Made by a program: the position numbers and the translations under genes | Notes under the pieces: generated by a model | Seen by the model: the letters and a program-made list of their open reading frames with translations, nothing else | Databases searched by the model: none | Told to the model about the DNA's origin: nothing | In this document: one piece after another, positions 46,401-60,090 of the stretch | How the letters are laid out: every line of letters starts with the position of its first letter | How positions within the stretch are numbered: the first letter of the stretch is position 1 | Origin: Phoronis australis | Taxonomy: Eukaryota > Animalia > Phoronida | DNA: 64,000 nt | Direction: 5' to 3' | Assembly: GCA_002633005.1 (NCBI GenBank) | Contig: NMRA01000296.1 | Location: 350,399 to 414,398 of the forward strand

Positions 46401-49400
46401 GATAGAGCAGCGGACGCCGGACGGACGCCGCCCGTACGGACGGACGGACATGACGGCATAATGCGTCCACATACAAATATGTGGGCGCATAAAAATGGCC
46501 ACTAGATGGTACAAAAACGAACAATCCATCCAAAAACAGGAACATGCCCTATTTCATAAAAATTTGTCAAGGAACTTCAGTGAAACAAAAAAACAGAAAA
46601 TGAAATTGCCACTAGTGGGCACAGCGTTCGTTGGATTCGCCTGAAAGTTGTCGTCGTCTGTTGTTATCTTCATATAAATACACTTACAAAATTTTAATAA
46701 AGATCCTGCAGTGGGTGTAGGAGATACAACTATGGGCATAAAACAAAACAATACTACCACTAGGAGGCGCCATCATCAAACGTCCTCTTCACACTAAGAA
46801 CATATACGCCAATTTTCAAAACCATCCCTAAAATGGTTTGGTTGATATAAAGGTAGAAGCCAAGATTTGAAAACAGAAAAAAAATGACCACTAGGTGGTG
46901 CAAAATACCTCGATTTCATCCAAAAACAGGAAAATAGCATCATCTCACCAATAGATGCCTATAATTAAAATTTTATGAAAATCTGTTGAGGACCTTTGAA
47001 GATAGAGTTAAACGTAAAAACTTAACTTGCCACTAGGGGGCACACCGGTTGTCGGAGCCGTCCGAAAATTCGCTCATGCTGTCTCATCCACGAAAGGAAC
47101 ACATGTGCAAAATTTCATGAACATACGTCAAGGGGTTTTGGAGATAGAGTAGCGAATGCCGAACGGACGGACGGAGATGACGGCATAATGCGTCCACATA
47201 TAAATATGTGGGCGCATAAAAATAAGAATGGAAGTGCAAGTTGTGTGAAATTGTCTTGACGCTACAACAGTGTAATTTTCTACCTCCATAACTTCATAAC
47301 AAGTTGATGATAAATGATCCTTATTCATAGCACTATCCATGAAAAACATCTTTTGATCATTTATCCTAGGTCATCGATAAGAAATCATCACAACATGCCA
47401 ATATTGATGATGAACCTTGCATGAATAATTATATCAACCATCACATATGAACTGTTATCAATCATTTATATCTTACCATACAATTCATGTGAATTCGCAG
47501 TTACTGATTGATATGAATTAACATAGAAAATCTTTTACGGTAAATAATGATCAAAATTGCCTGTGTACAACCGTGTTCTCAGATTAAATCGGACACTATT
47601 ATTTGAATAAATGATAAAGGATAGTTAAAAAAACAGTTAAATACATCATTAAGATCAAAACTGATTCTTGTGGATATCTTACCTATGAGTGAATGATGGG
47701 CATACTTGAGGGCATCCGTGATTACACTCTCCACTGCGTGGTTCGTCTGGTAGTTGGGACGGCGTGGGTTCCTTGCTAAGTAGTTCTGTAATAGCTTGTT
47801 GAAGTCACGCGGCAAGTTGCTGATCAGCTGGAACGGGAAGCTCGGCTCCTCGAAGTTCATGTCGGCGATGACAAGATCACGAAGCAGAGGGAAGAGTGGG
47901 TGAGAGCGGAATGCGCTAGACTTGTCCGTCACTAGACGTTGCATGAAGTTTTGTTGCGACAATGCCGTCATCCGTTGAGGGCTTGGCTCGGCAGAGTTGG
48001 GCGCTGTTGGTGGCACCATCATGTTGGGACCGCCAGGATTGAACATTGGTCGCCTTTGTTGCTGTTGCTGTTGTTGTTGTTGTTGAGGGCCATAACCAGG
48101 GTTCTGTTGAAGCTGCTGCATCATTGGAGGGCGTTGTTGCATTTGTTGTTGCTGGTGTTGTTGCTGAACCATAGGGTTCGGGAAGTTGGTCTGTGTGGGC
48201 GTTGTCGGCATACTGCCTTGCATGGAGTGTGGTTCACACAACCCTGGCATTTGGTTGACAGGCTGCTGCTGGGGGAAGTGTTCCATCGACTGCTGTGGAT
48301 ATGACTGAGTAGCAGGGGCAACGTATGGGTAGGGAGGCGGCGGTGGTTCATAAGGGAGGTGCCTTCCATAGTTCTGCATGTTCTGTTGGAGTCCCTGATG
48401 TATGGTGTGCATGTTGGAAGCATGTTGAATGTCGTCACTGCCACCAAAATGGTCGTCGAAGGAAGACATCATCTCACCAGCTCCTCCCAACGACTGCATG
48501 TACGGCACTTCAGCATCTGACCGGCGACGGTCATACGGTGATCTTGACGGCACGGCATACGGCCCGCACTCAACGCGTGATGGCTGCGACGGTCTTGGCA
48601 GGATCTTCTGGTAATGACCAAGCTGGCGAAGTTGACTGGGTGACGGTGAGTTGCGGTACTGTCGATCCTGCGACATGTTACCACGCTGCATCGATGATGT
48701 GTGGAAGTTACCCTGTTGATGGCAGTACTGACTAGTGCTGGGGTCCATGCAGCCAGTCTGCTGGTACTGTTGGTGAGAGTGCGCTGGTGTGGCGCCAAAC
48801 TGTGGGTATCCCTGCTGGCCAAAGTTGGGGGCGCTGTTTGAGTGTGAAAGTGGAGGTGGGAATGTGAAATGGCCCTGATTGGATGATGCGTTGATCGTGC
48901 CAGGTGATAATGGTACGGACGGAGGATAGTCGCCGCCAGGAAACTGCGACGATGGAAGACTGAAGCTGACACTTTTACGCATTTGGCCGTCTTGGTAACA
49001 GGACTGCTGGAGGCCATCGGCGGGCTTGCCCGACGATACATCACATGTCTGCTGATCAAGCGGGCTGTTTTGTTTTGCATTGTTATAGGCGTTAAAGTTC
49101 ACACCATCGCTTGTGATACTCCGCGTTAGATGAAAGATGGCATTGAGACTGTCCGAGCTGCCATATGCACTGGTGGAGTAATTAGTTGCTGACGAGCAAC
49201 GACTGCTTTGACTACGCAAGTCTGATTGGTAGCCTGGGTCACTTTCGTAGCGTCGCACCGACATTTTCTGAATGTCCACTGGCTTATGATGTACAGTATG
49301 ACCAACATCGGCCTGTTTGTTTTCCTGTGTTTCTTGTTGCTGCTGTGTTTCTTGGCTCTGTGTTGACTCATTCTTTGCATCATCGGGCTCGGACTTCACC

Positions 49401-51099
49401 GAACTCGCCTGTGTCTGTGACGCTGTATTACTACTACTGTTTGTTGCCTGCATGCAACTTGATGGAAACGTCTGTTGCTGCTGTGGCTGAGATGGTTGTG
49501 ACTGTTTTTGTCCAACTGACGGTCCGTCAGCTGGCATCATGAATGCATCCTGGTTATCATAGGCAAAGTCGTAAAAGTCCAGGTCCATACTGTCATGGAT
49601 GCCCATGTCGGAGCAAATCTCATCCAGCAGGTCATTGCGTAGTCGGTCGTCTCCATAATCGACGGGTGAAGGTGGAGACGACAGAATGCTGTCGTAAATG
49701 GTTGCCACGCTGGCCTCCGAGGGGCTGGCTGGGCGTTCGCGGTAGCTCATGACCTGTCGAGGAAGAGATGTATTCAGATAGTAATCTACATGTGATTCAC
49801 AGTATCCAGTGTTTTACAATGATTCTGCATTTCACCAGACGCACATCCCAGCTATTAATCTGCGATACGAAATGTCTATGTAACATCTGGTTATTTGAAG
49901 ACAGAATGGAAGGCTTGTTTCAGTACAATATCATTTTCATCACAGGCATGTTTTTAAATTTTCTTGCCATTAGGTGCAAAAAATTTAGGTCTACAATGAA
50001 AGTTGATGAGTACTAAACAAATCCTTGTGCTATGTTATATGTTACAGTATCAACAAATCATATAAGTATTGCATAACCACTGAAACAATTACAATGGCTT
50101 TTTATTGAACACAAACTCTGTCACAAAACGCCGAGAAAACTAGACACAAGGGGCTACTCCAGTAAGGCAATCACAGGTACGAAATTGTGGAAATTGTAGG
50201 TACATTTTGTAAATACCACAAACACATGCCACGCCACACACCAGTGTTCAAACACGGTGCTACACAGCATTTGCAAACTTTGCACCATCTTCACCCACGT
50301 TTGAAAAGTTCTAGTTTTCCGCTTTACAAGACAAATGATTGAAATAGTATTGCATAGTGGTACTTATTTTTATTTTTCCGCACAAATGATGGCATGCTCA
50401 TCATATGAACAAAACATGCAACTACAATCGGTTAGTGAATAAGCAGGTTGGAAAGATGACGCAAATCACGACCTGCAGTTTGCACCGTGTTTAACTTTCT
50501 GCACAGGGAGAACCACGTAGGTGCAGTTAAATGACTGGGAACAGTAATTATTTTTACACATCCTGGTAAATGCCTTGGTGAACTGGCTTGGTTCACATGG
50601 TCAGGCATATTCTTTTACAGTACACATAAAAATGTCATCCACATTAGAAGTTACCCTAGAACAAGGTACTGGAACGAGTTGTCACTGGCTTTATATAGAA
50701 GTGTGAACGCTACTTGCCCTGGGACAACTTGACAAGTAGGACAACTTACCTCACCTTATCATGGTAAGGGTAAAATGTTAATAGGGTAACACATTCTTTA
50801 ACAGATATTAGCACGTTCCTGAAACATTGTTTGAAATAGTTGCGTTTCAGTTATTTTCAAAACGGTGGAAACAAAATTTTGCACATGACTTCATGGGAAA
50901 TCCACAGTGAAAAGTATGGGCATATGAAAGTATGGAAGACAAATCCATCAAGAAGCAAAAGAATAAACACTGGATGTGATATAAATGTTATCATTGTTCA
51001 TAACACCCCTCACTGTAAACTGCGATAATCATCACTCAGTACCTCTTTTTTGGGGATTTCACTTAATGGTTCCGTCAGGCCCTGGGTCTCCTCAGCCAT
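36342..51099 (-). CDS. Atypical TALE-class homeobox transcription factor, about 1010 aa
   Basis: Exons 51099-51043 (caccATGG, MAEETQG...), 49753-47683, 44017-43896, 43008-42925, 41082-40933, 40458-40357, 39242-39210 (tentative), 38275-38161, 37504-37374 (GC donor) and 36515-36342 are all phase-consistent. Contains MEIS-A-like [13 protein letters not shown] and a homeodomain with a PYP loop. Confidence 0.85.
36695..37183. mobile_element. hAT-like MITE inside the homeobox intron
   Basis: TIR cagggcttggaat / attccaagccttg with cactaa directly on both sides (36689-36694, 37184-37189). Confidence 0.6.
41345..42050. mobile_element. Degenerate second HINE/DINE-like family
   Basis: Repeated ccgccattttgaaa / ccaccgtctttgac / ccaccatcttgaat motifs at about 135-155-bp spacing; termini not clearly resolved. 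Confidence 0.35.
43464..43508. repeat. 21-bp tandem duplication
   Basis: caccgaacttcatagtggtgg x2. Confidence 0.85.
45335..47222 (-). mobile_element. Nested HINE-in-HINE: outer element 45335-47222, inner element about 45416-46495
   Basis: Two aagagcaacgc termini (45335, 45416) and two microsatellite-plus-hairpin termini (about 46490 and 47217). Removing the inner copy restores the atc(a/g)taaaaatggccactagatgg junction seen intact at 15283-15306. Confidence 0.85.
47683..49753 (-). CDS. 2071-nt exon of the TALE gene: acidic N-terminus, Q/S/P-rich region and MEIS-A-like domain
   Basis: Corresponds to the 723-aa ORF 47579-49750; acceptor at 49755-49754 and donor G|GTAAGA at 47682; polyQ tracts; ends [20 protein letters not shown]...[13 protein letters not shown]. 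Confidence 0.9.
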
Positions 51100-51557
51100 G
51101 GTGTGTTAACTGTAAAAAAACAGAAAAATCGCTAAATTAACACTCGAGTTTCAGCGCTTGAAATGCAGAATTTCCCACGAGAATAAGTAACTCGGTGACC
51201 TCTGCAGGACAGTTGTTATTCAGTTTCGAAAGCATATGCATAGTTTACAAGGAAAACCTCATCATCTTCAGACACAAATAATCACCAAAACTGGCCATTT
51301 TTCATTCTTCAATAGCTTCTAACACAGAAGCCATTGTAACAAATGCCCACAATTTAAAAAAAATCCCTTGTTGGTGGCTAAGGTACAGAGCTTAATATGT
51401 AGCTGAAAGTATTATTTTGGTGCTCCGTATTAATTGGTAGAACAGTGAAAGCAAAATCATGAATATTCCAATATTCAAGCACGAAAACTGAAACAAGCGT
51501 ATGAGCAACTTATGCAGCATTTCCAGTATTCTTAATAGTCCTGGCAATGCATAGCCC

Positions 51558-52919
51558 AATTCTGATTATTGAACCGAAGCCCCGTTGCACGAAACAATCC
51601 AAAATGGGGACTAGATTACGTGCCCTAAATCTGCAGCGTATTTGTGGACACGTTTCCTTTCTTATGCTGTTGTAGTTTCACTACTAAATCAGTTCTTGGC
51701 TTTGATACAAATAGACTTCAAATTGAATTCTCAATATTGTTGAAAATAAGAAGGGATCTTTTCATGGAATGTCCCTAATTTAAGGACAGAGTCCCTATTT
51801 AGTTTCATTGATCATATAGCTCCATTTTTAGCTGTAATGTTAGAAAACGTCATCAGTCAAAGAGGAGCTCATGATGGAAAAAGATTACATCTGCGAGTAA
51901 AAAATGATGGAAATACGCAAAAGATTCAGGAAACTTACTTGAGTAACTATTTGAGACAATGAAATGCTACCGGGGATTGAAGTTATCAAAAAACGAAAAA
52001 AGATGCGACACCCACATTCCGTTTTTTTTTTAGACCCAATCAATCCGAGTATGCCGCCTAAATACTTCAACGACAAACAACTGCAGTACGATTGGCTAAC
52101 TTTAAGCATCACACGAATATGCCTATGGCAACTAATTAATACAATTGTTGAACAACTACCAGTGTTACAATCCATCAACTGATAGGTTGCCACAGTTGGG
52201 TTGGATCAAAACAAGAATCCACAGACACNAATTCTGATTATTGAACCGAAGCCCCGTTGCACGAAACAGTCCAAAATGGGGACTAGATTACGTGCCCTAA
52301 ATCTGCAGCGTATTTGTGGACACGTTTCCTTTCCTATGCTGTTGTAGTTTCACTACTAAATCAGTTCTTGGCTTTGATACAAATAGACAGTGAACTTCAA
52401 ATTGAATTCTCAATATTGTTGAAAATAAGAAGGGATCTTTTCATGGAATGTCCCTAATTTAAGGACAGAGTCCCTATTTAGTTTCATTGATCATATAGCT
52501 CCATTTTTAGCTGTAATGTTAGAAAACGTCATCAATCAAAGAGGAGCTCACGCGAACGATAAAATGATGGAAAAAGATTACATCTGCGAGTAAAAAATGA
52601 TGGAAATACGCAAAAGATTCAGGAAACTTACTTGAGTAACTATTTGAGACAATGAAATGCTACCGGGGATTGAAGTTATCAAAAAACGAAAAAAGATGCG
52701 ACACCCACATTCCGTTTTTTTTAGACCCAATCAATCCGAGTATGCCGCCTAAATACTTCAACGACAAACAACTGCAGTACGATTGGCTAACTTTAAGCAT
52801 CACATGAATATGCCTATGGCAACTAATTAATACAATTGTTGAACAACTACCAGTGTTACAATCCATCAACTGATAGGTTGCCACAGTTGGGTTGGATCAA
52901 AACAAGAATCCACAGACAC
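51558..52919. repeat. ~680-bp tandem duplication joined by a single N (52229); probable uncollapsed haplotypes
   Basis: Copies 51558-52228 and 52230-52919 differ by small indels. Confidence 0.85.
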
Positions 52920-55049
52920 TGCACATTGTTGAGCAGTAGGAAGCCATTCCTCATACAAGTCATAACACACAGCTGGTATGCTACCCTTTTTAAATTATAA
53001 CTCAACAGACAGACATCAATAACATTGTCACCTCTGACAATTTAAGGACTTGTAACAGATTAGAACATTTATCATGCAGCTACAACTGCACTGATACATG
53101 ATTAGCCATGGGCAAGAGAATCTAGCCTACACAGCAAAGCACCATAAATCAAGCTGTCCATAAGTAATTTGATGCCAACACAATATTGAAGGGAGGGATC
53201 ATTCATCACTCAGAAAACAAGGCCACAGGAGTGAAATTTTATTTCCTTTCAACACCTAGAGGAACTGTTACTACAGTAATCAGTTAATGTTAGAAATTCA
53301 GATAAATGGTGGTTTTGGTATGATAAAAATCTTCAATTTGGGGAAAAGGTAATCGATAAAATTAAAAATTAAATTTTTTTTCAAGGCAGATTGCATCATT
53401 GCAACAGCTGCACTTTACTAACAATGACAAGAATGAAATCCTTAAAACTACCTAAAAATGTCTATTCTACCTTGAAAATTTCAATGAAATAAAATTCATT
53501 TTCCCACCACAGTCAGCTTTCCTAACTTGAACATTTTACATCAATTGGTTTTAAGACAATAGTTGACTTGCAGCTCCAGACAACTGCAGAGCAAGATTGT
53601 ACCTATGTTACTTGGACAGCAACTATACAGTTTGAGACGGCCACAGCTGTGGAAGGAGGTTTTCAACATTGATTCAATAACTTTGTAGCCAAACTTAACA
53701 GTAAAAATGCATACACAACTGAAATCAACTAACATTTTATTTTGAACATTCTCAGGTAAAATTTCATTTCAATTCTCATAAACAATGATGTTATGGCAAA
53801 CAAAACTAAATCAAAGTAATCTGATAAACTGTTAGTACGATGATTCTCCACTTTTTTGCAAAAAAAAATAACTGCTAAAATTTTAATTTTTTCCATTTTT
53901 CAAAGGCTGATTACTTTACCACAAACGATGGAAAATTTACCAAAAGTTATTTTTGACATCTAGACAGTAAAAGCATGGGTAGTAATAGAATAAAATTTTC
54001 AAAATGTTTCTTTTGTAGAGAAATTTGACAGAATAGAATTTTACTTGCCTGCCATATTGTGCTATAAACAAGTGAAGAATTACTCTCTACGTGTCTCACT
54101 CAGCCAAGTTCGCTGAGTAAGAAGAGGAAGTAATTAAGAGATGACACCATTACTTAATTATGAAAATCTCATTAGGACACCTGGCAATTAACTTGATATG
54201 ATGTAACCACGGTACCTATACAAATACATAAATGCAGGAGACCTAAACCGTGTCCCTGCGGACCAAGGCTTCTTTTACTCCGGGGGTTCTTTCACAACAG
54301 GGGTTGGCATGGGTATACTGCCAACTGAGGAGGGAATTTTGGATCGCCGGCATCACACTGGCAAATCTAGGATGAACCAACCAGTTTCGCAGGAAAAATC
54401 TCCCCGTACGCTCAATAATACTATGCCAACACTTTTTTCATAGGCCAACCATTGGGAGGTCTGGACCCCCTAAATCCATCTGTGTGGCATCAGGTAAAGA
54501 GGGGGGGTCCAGGATGGGCATTTTTCGCTATGTCCTCCATTTCACACAAATGTTGAAAAACAAGTGTTCCAAGCGTTCCCAAGGTCCTATAACCAGACTT
54601 GAACACTGAATAAGAGATTAACAAGTCTGGCATGCTATCTCTACAACTTCCAGAGGAAACTGGATTGAATAACTTGTTATGCAACAGTGACCCTGATCCT
54701 CAGAGCTGGAGCGAAGGTAAAAGTTTGAACACCCAACAACCATATTTCCATCCATCCATAACACCAAGAAACTTACAATTACATTTACCTTATGATTGAC
54801 CATGTGCGGCTGTATTAACCACGATCAGGAAACATGTTAAGTAAAATACTGAAAAATAAACACATAAAGTAATATTTTATATTTCTTTAGTTGTAGGTGA
54901 ACATTTTCTAGTTTAGGACAATCTCAGAAATTTGGGACACCGAAAGTAAAGCCAAAATTGAATTTTCTTGATTCTGAAGATTGGGACATGCATAATTTGA
55001 TGTCAGTTCAACGTGTTTGTAAATATTGGACAATGCATTTTGTGTCAAC

Positions 55050-55430
55050 TAAAGTCCCGCTTAGATATCAACTTTTGGCCCGGCGCAACTGACACGGAGC
55101 AAATTGACCTGTGTCAAGCGGCCGTTTACACGCACAACTCACTAACCATGGCAAGACGGAAATTAAAGGCTGGAGAGACTGAATCACACATTCACAGGTT
55201 TACAAATGATGAGAGTTGCAGACAAAGAACCCATACATAGGCCATTGCCCCAGTTTCGCGTTTAGACTTAAAATTGACACGTCCCAATGTTCGGGCGCAA
55301 ATTGCTCTACCTCACAAATGGGTGGCAAAAATTTGTCACCGCAGTGTCAAATTGCTCCGTGTGTCAGTCCGTTTACACACTGGAACAAGTTGTTCCGTGT
55401 CAGTTGATCTGTGTCAACTTTGCAATTACG
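55050..55430. mobile_element. MITE-like element with internal inverted repeats
   Basis: caactgacacggagcaa (about 55086) versus ttgttccgtgtcagttg (about 55390); repeated ccgtttacac motifs. Confidence 0.4.
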
Positions 55431-57120
55431 AAATTCGTCTTTCTCGTGCTTCAGGAATCTGAAGCGGCGATACCGCTTATTTCTAAAATTTGGCACGAGC
55501 TCCGACCTTGCGTGAAATAATTAGTTTTCACTATCCCGCAGTGGACCATGTTTACAGTACTTCTATAACAAAAACGGAAGTATGAGTGGTTCCCATATAT
55601 GTTCAACCCTACTGATCATACATAGAAACAATGAATGATGAGAGGTTGTAGTATTTAAGTAAACAATGTCCCATGTAATATATTCAGAAATATGCTTGCG
55701 ATAAAACAAAATTAGAATATTCAGCACAGAGTCCAGTGTAAAAAAATTGAATTGCCAACGTTCTCAAGATCTCACCTTTCCTCAATCAATCTGGGGAGAT
55801 TACCATTGGTCTGAAAATAAACCCTTAATCTTGAATGTCTAACAACTAAGTACCATTCTGGCGACTGTGGTTTTGTGTTTAATAAGTAGAGAGATAAGTG
55901 GTTCCATGAATATACTATTTGAGGACACCATAAATATCTGTTGAGAGGCCAAAACACTGCTGTACACACAATAGGAACTGACAGGAGCAGACATGATGTC
56001 TATGAGTCATCAAGAAGCAAGATAGTGTGGTAAAAATGTCTTAGAATGAGAGCTATTGTGCATAAGAAAACAGTTTTAAAATCTGAATAAAAATATTTTT
56101 TTTCAACATTACCAGCCACGATGTTCTTTTGAAAAAAAATTGATTTTGTGAAATTTAAAATTTAGGATTAATGCTGCACACAGGATGTTAGTGCGAGGGA
56201 GTGATAATCTTAAAACAACATACAATTCTGATAAAATTAAATCCAAGTACATTTCTGGTAACTAAAAAAACCACAGATATCCAGTATTTAATTTCATTTA
56301 CTATTCACGCAACCATCATGATCACCGGAACTCCAACGGAAATGCTGTAATTTGTAATGTGCAGAGCCTTTCCGGCCATTTTTGGTTACGGAAATCATTA
56401 CTGAATACTCAGCCAAAAATTTCAATACTTCAGAACGTAACAGTAACATCAGTTTACACCAGTTCAATGTATAGTGGGCTTTCCCTCAAATATCAAAGTG
56501 CTGCCACTCAATGGTGATGAACACAAAGTTGAAATGCTTAAACCGAACTTTTAATGTTATTATGCCTTGATGCAAAATGACACAAAAATTGCCACTGGGA
56601 GAGGAGGGGAAATTTTCCTTTAATTTGGATTGACCCTAACCCAAACACCTTTTCTTGTTTTCTCAACCCAATACCCTAGAGACATGAGATAACAGGCCAG
56701 TCTGTGGTAAACAATCTACATTGACTGTGGTAGGTCCTGCTGATAAGTGGGAGGAGCCAGCTGTTGTCTGTGGGAGGAGCATTGATAATGGACAAGCAGC
56801 AGGGGCCTATTCACTGATAGCTTGGAACACAGCAGCAGCCTTGGACTCCTGGACATAAACCTGTCAATATTGATGGCAACCTATGATCAGGAATAATAAA
56901 TACTTTAGAGTCAGTGTATAACACTGGTTGTGGGATAGAATCTCATAACTTGAAGTGTGGAGTCCCAACCAAAAGCTGTTTTGAACCCTGTTACAAGATT
57001 TGAAGACAGGCTAGATTTTCGGTTGGTTCCAAAAAGAGCACTTACAAGTCGAGGGGGCAGGGGACCAGCAAAGGATTTACAATTTTATTGACGGGGGAGT
57101 TACAGAAGCAGTAGTGTTGC

Positions 57121-57301
57121 TTGTCCATGTCCCTATGGAGGGGAATTCAAATCCATCAAGTTCCACCACAGGGGCCGTTGTTTGTCCATGTCACTACGAA
57201 GGGGAGTCAAATCTCATGTAGATCCACCACAGGTGTGTTGTTTTTCCATGTCCCTAAGGAGGAGAGTTCAAATCAATCTAGTTCAACCCCAGGGGCCGTT
57301 G
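57121..57301. repeat. ~61-bp minisatellite, 3 diverged copies
   Basis: tccatgtccctanggagg...tcaaatc...gttccaccacagggg unit repeated three times. Confidence 0.8.
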
Positions 57302-59634
57302 AGATATTACTTTACCTTGCACAAGGGCATCCCAACAAAAGATAATACATAATTGCTTAGAGAAATTAGAACCATTTTAATTCAGACTTCTCTTTTGGAT
57401 TTAGGGTGACAAATACATCATTTTTCACCTTGACAGACCAGCAGTAGGTTCCGTTAGACTGGTTTCTCCAGAGTTTGAGGAGTTCACACAAGTCTTCAAT
57501 CACGCTTCATACAAAAAAACGTGATGGCACTAACTTCCTCGACACCTGTCTTAAGCATCGCGGAACAAGCCCCAGGTAAACAATAAGTCATGCTCCATTA
57601 ATGATGTACTTTTTCTGAAGGTCGCGGTTAAAAGAGAAATAAACTAATTACTCTGAAGTCCATCAAAAACTGAGTCACACAAAGATAAATGGAGAAACAA
57701 GTACTGTTAGGCTATGTACTCAGTCAATAGGTAAATAAATTCAAAAACAAAATCTAAACATGAAGATGTGAAACTAATAAAACAGGAGTCTCGGGGATAC
57801 TGCAACCAATGTTATGCTTGTTCTGGAAATCTATTAAAACATCACCAATTTTGCGACAGATATAACTGCCAAAACTACACTTTTCCATTTTTAAGGGCTC
57901 CAGATTTTGTCATGGTTGCTCGCATTTTTTCAAGTACTTGTTGGATGATAGGTAAGTTAAAGTTCCAACTTCAAATGGCAAAGAACTGATACCGTGATTC
58001 ATGACTCATGAAAAAATGAGATAATATAAAATTTCACCGCTCTGCCATGAAACCTACATTAGATAAATTTGAGCATGCTACTAGGAAAACATTAAAAAGA
58101 AACCTGTATTTGACCAAAAATGACAATTTTACAAAACTACAGTGTCAGGTTGTGCACAGAAATGAAATAACGAAAGAATAAGACATCTCGCTGTATTCAA
58201 CGATTGCATAGAATTCAACGACCATTGAAACCCTGAGAGGCAATCCTAAGAGCTGGGCTCATTTCCTGGCTGGTATCCTAAAGCATCTCCATGTAATGCA
58301 ATGGAGCCTTGAAACACTTCATTGCGAGAGCTTTATTGCTTTGAAGAGGGTTGAGAATCAACGGATTAACTGTGATTTCACATCACAATTCAACATTCAT
58401 ACACAATAAGCCCGGTCTTGCTCATTGATTGCATTTGACAGCAGAAATCTGTGAGTCGACCCCCAGCCACTCAATATGCATGTGAAACCCAGGACTTAAG
58501 GAATTTTAGCTGACTATCCCATTAAGGGTCGTATTTTTGTTCTGGTACCATCTGGTGACAATCAACCTGAAACCTCAAAATTTCACCAAAAAACTTTAGC
58601 TGGAACAAACGTCAAGTACATTAATTTAAACCAAAGAACCAGTAATATTTGCACAAAAAAGAGCGCAGCAACTTTTCTGGTGTACTAACTTTGCTATAAG
58701 CAACATCATCTTTCCATATAGCAGCCATGATAAAGTTGTGTTATCGACTTGCTACACCTGGCAGACAGAAGCAGAAGCAATCCCCCCACTCTACAAAAAG
58801 GTCACACTCAGAGATCAAATGTAAAATGTCAGTAGCAAACACAAAGGAACCATCGCCCTGCTAGATACAGGAAATGTGTCCTTGGGTTAGGTAAACATTC
58901 CTTGCCAATTGGCTCCTCACAGACATAGTATTTGGATCTAGGCTACATTGTGTATTTAGAGAAATGAGTTTGTTTTTAGTAAACCTAAACAGCCTATCAA
59001 AGTCATTGACTGAAGCAGGTTTACTTAATTTGATCCTCAGGGTGTAATAAAGAAACCACAATCTGTCCTCATGGTCTTAACCATCAGGCCCCAGGCAGAT
59101 AGAATCTTAGTGCTTGCCCACTAGAGGCGAAGCTTTGCTTTCACCAAAGTTTCGGTAAATGGGAAAGGTTTACTCACATAGTTCAACTGCAAGCGAAACT
59201 TCGCTGCAATTAATAGTGCGAAAGCTCAGAGTGAAGCTTCAGCGAAGTTATCGGTATTGGTTGTGGCTACAATATACCATCACATGAGACTCAATAGCAT
59301 ATCCCACAAGATAATACACATCTGATTTCAATAAACACTGGTAAATGGCTGGGACAACAATTTTCAGTTAGCATTGAACCCACCACTCAATATTCGGTTG
59401 AGAGTACGAATGAATTGCACCATCCGGTGTTTACTCCAGTGTTTAAGTGATAACTTCAAAATCACAGTCTAATCAGAAAGGTAAGCAAAGTTTCGGTGAA
59501 GATTAGATAAACCTAAGTTCTCCTACATTAGAGAAGCGTCAGTTAGAATCAAAACACTACTCCTTTTTTCACTGTGCACGAGCTTGTGATAATCATATTG
59601 GTGCAGGCATATTGTAAATACTCTCGAATTCCAA

Positions 59635-60090
59635 TAGTTGTAGACAGCAATAATAGAGTAGACCAGAAATTTTCATGATTTCTAATAATAGTAGAGACTC
59701 TAATAATAGTATAGACACAACATTTTTGCCACTAGAACAGTAGAAAAATAGTATAGACCGGAAATTTGCGGAAAAATTAATAATAATATAGAATGGAATA
59801 ATGGTATAGACGGCAAATTTGTGGAAATTTAAAGATAGTATAGACTGGAATAATATTGATTACAAATTTGAGTAAAACCTAATAGTGATAGAGAAGGGAA
59901 TAACTTGCAAAACAGCAAATTTTAGGGAATAATGGTACAGATAAAAAATTTGTGAAAAATTAAAAAAGACAAACAGGAGTAATATCATTGATTACAAATT
60001 TGCGTAACATCTACTATTGGTAGATGGAAATAATAGTGCAAAATCTAATAATGATATTGATGGAAATAATAGTGCAAAGAAGCAAATTCC
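59635..60090. repeat. Degenerate AT-rich minisatellite built from aataatagtatagac subunits
   Basis: Recurrent aataatagtatagac / aaatttgnggaaa motifs with a period of about 57-60 bp. Confidence 0.65.

Noticed and set aside
47939-49752. Several overlapping alternative-frame and antisense ORFs (up to 203 aa)
   Set aside because: These are shadows of the GC-richer, low-complexity large TALE exon.
51558-52919. Tandem duplication with paired ORFs (MATYQLMDC...)
   Set aside because: Single-N junction and frameshifting indels between copies; non-coding and probably haplotypic.
57121-57301. Regularly spaced repeats resembling a CRISPR array
   Set aside because: The whole 61-bp unit is repeated with no unique spacers, the context is eukaryotic, and there are no cas genes.
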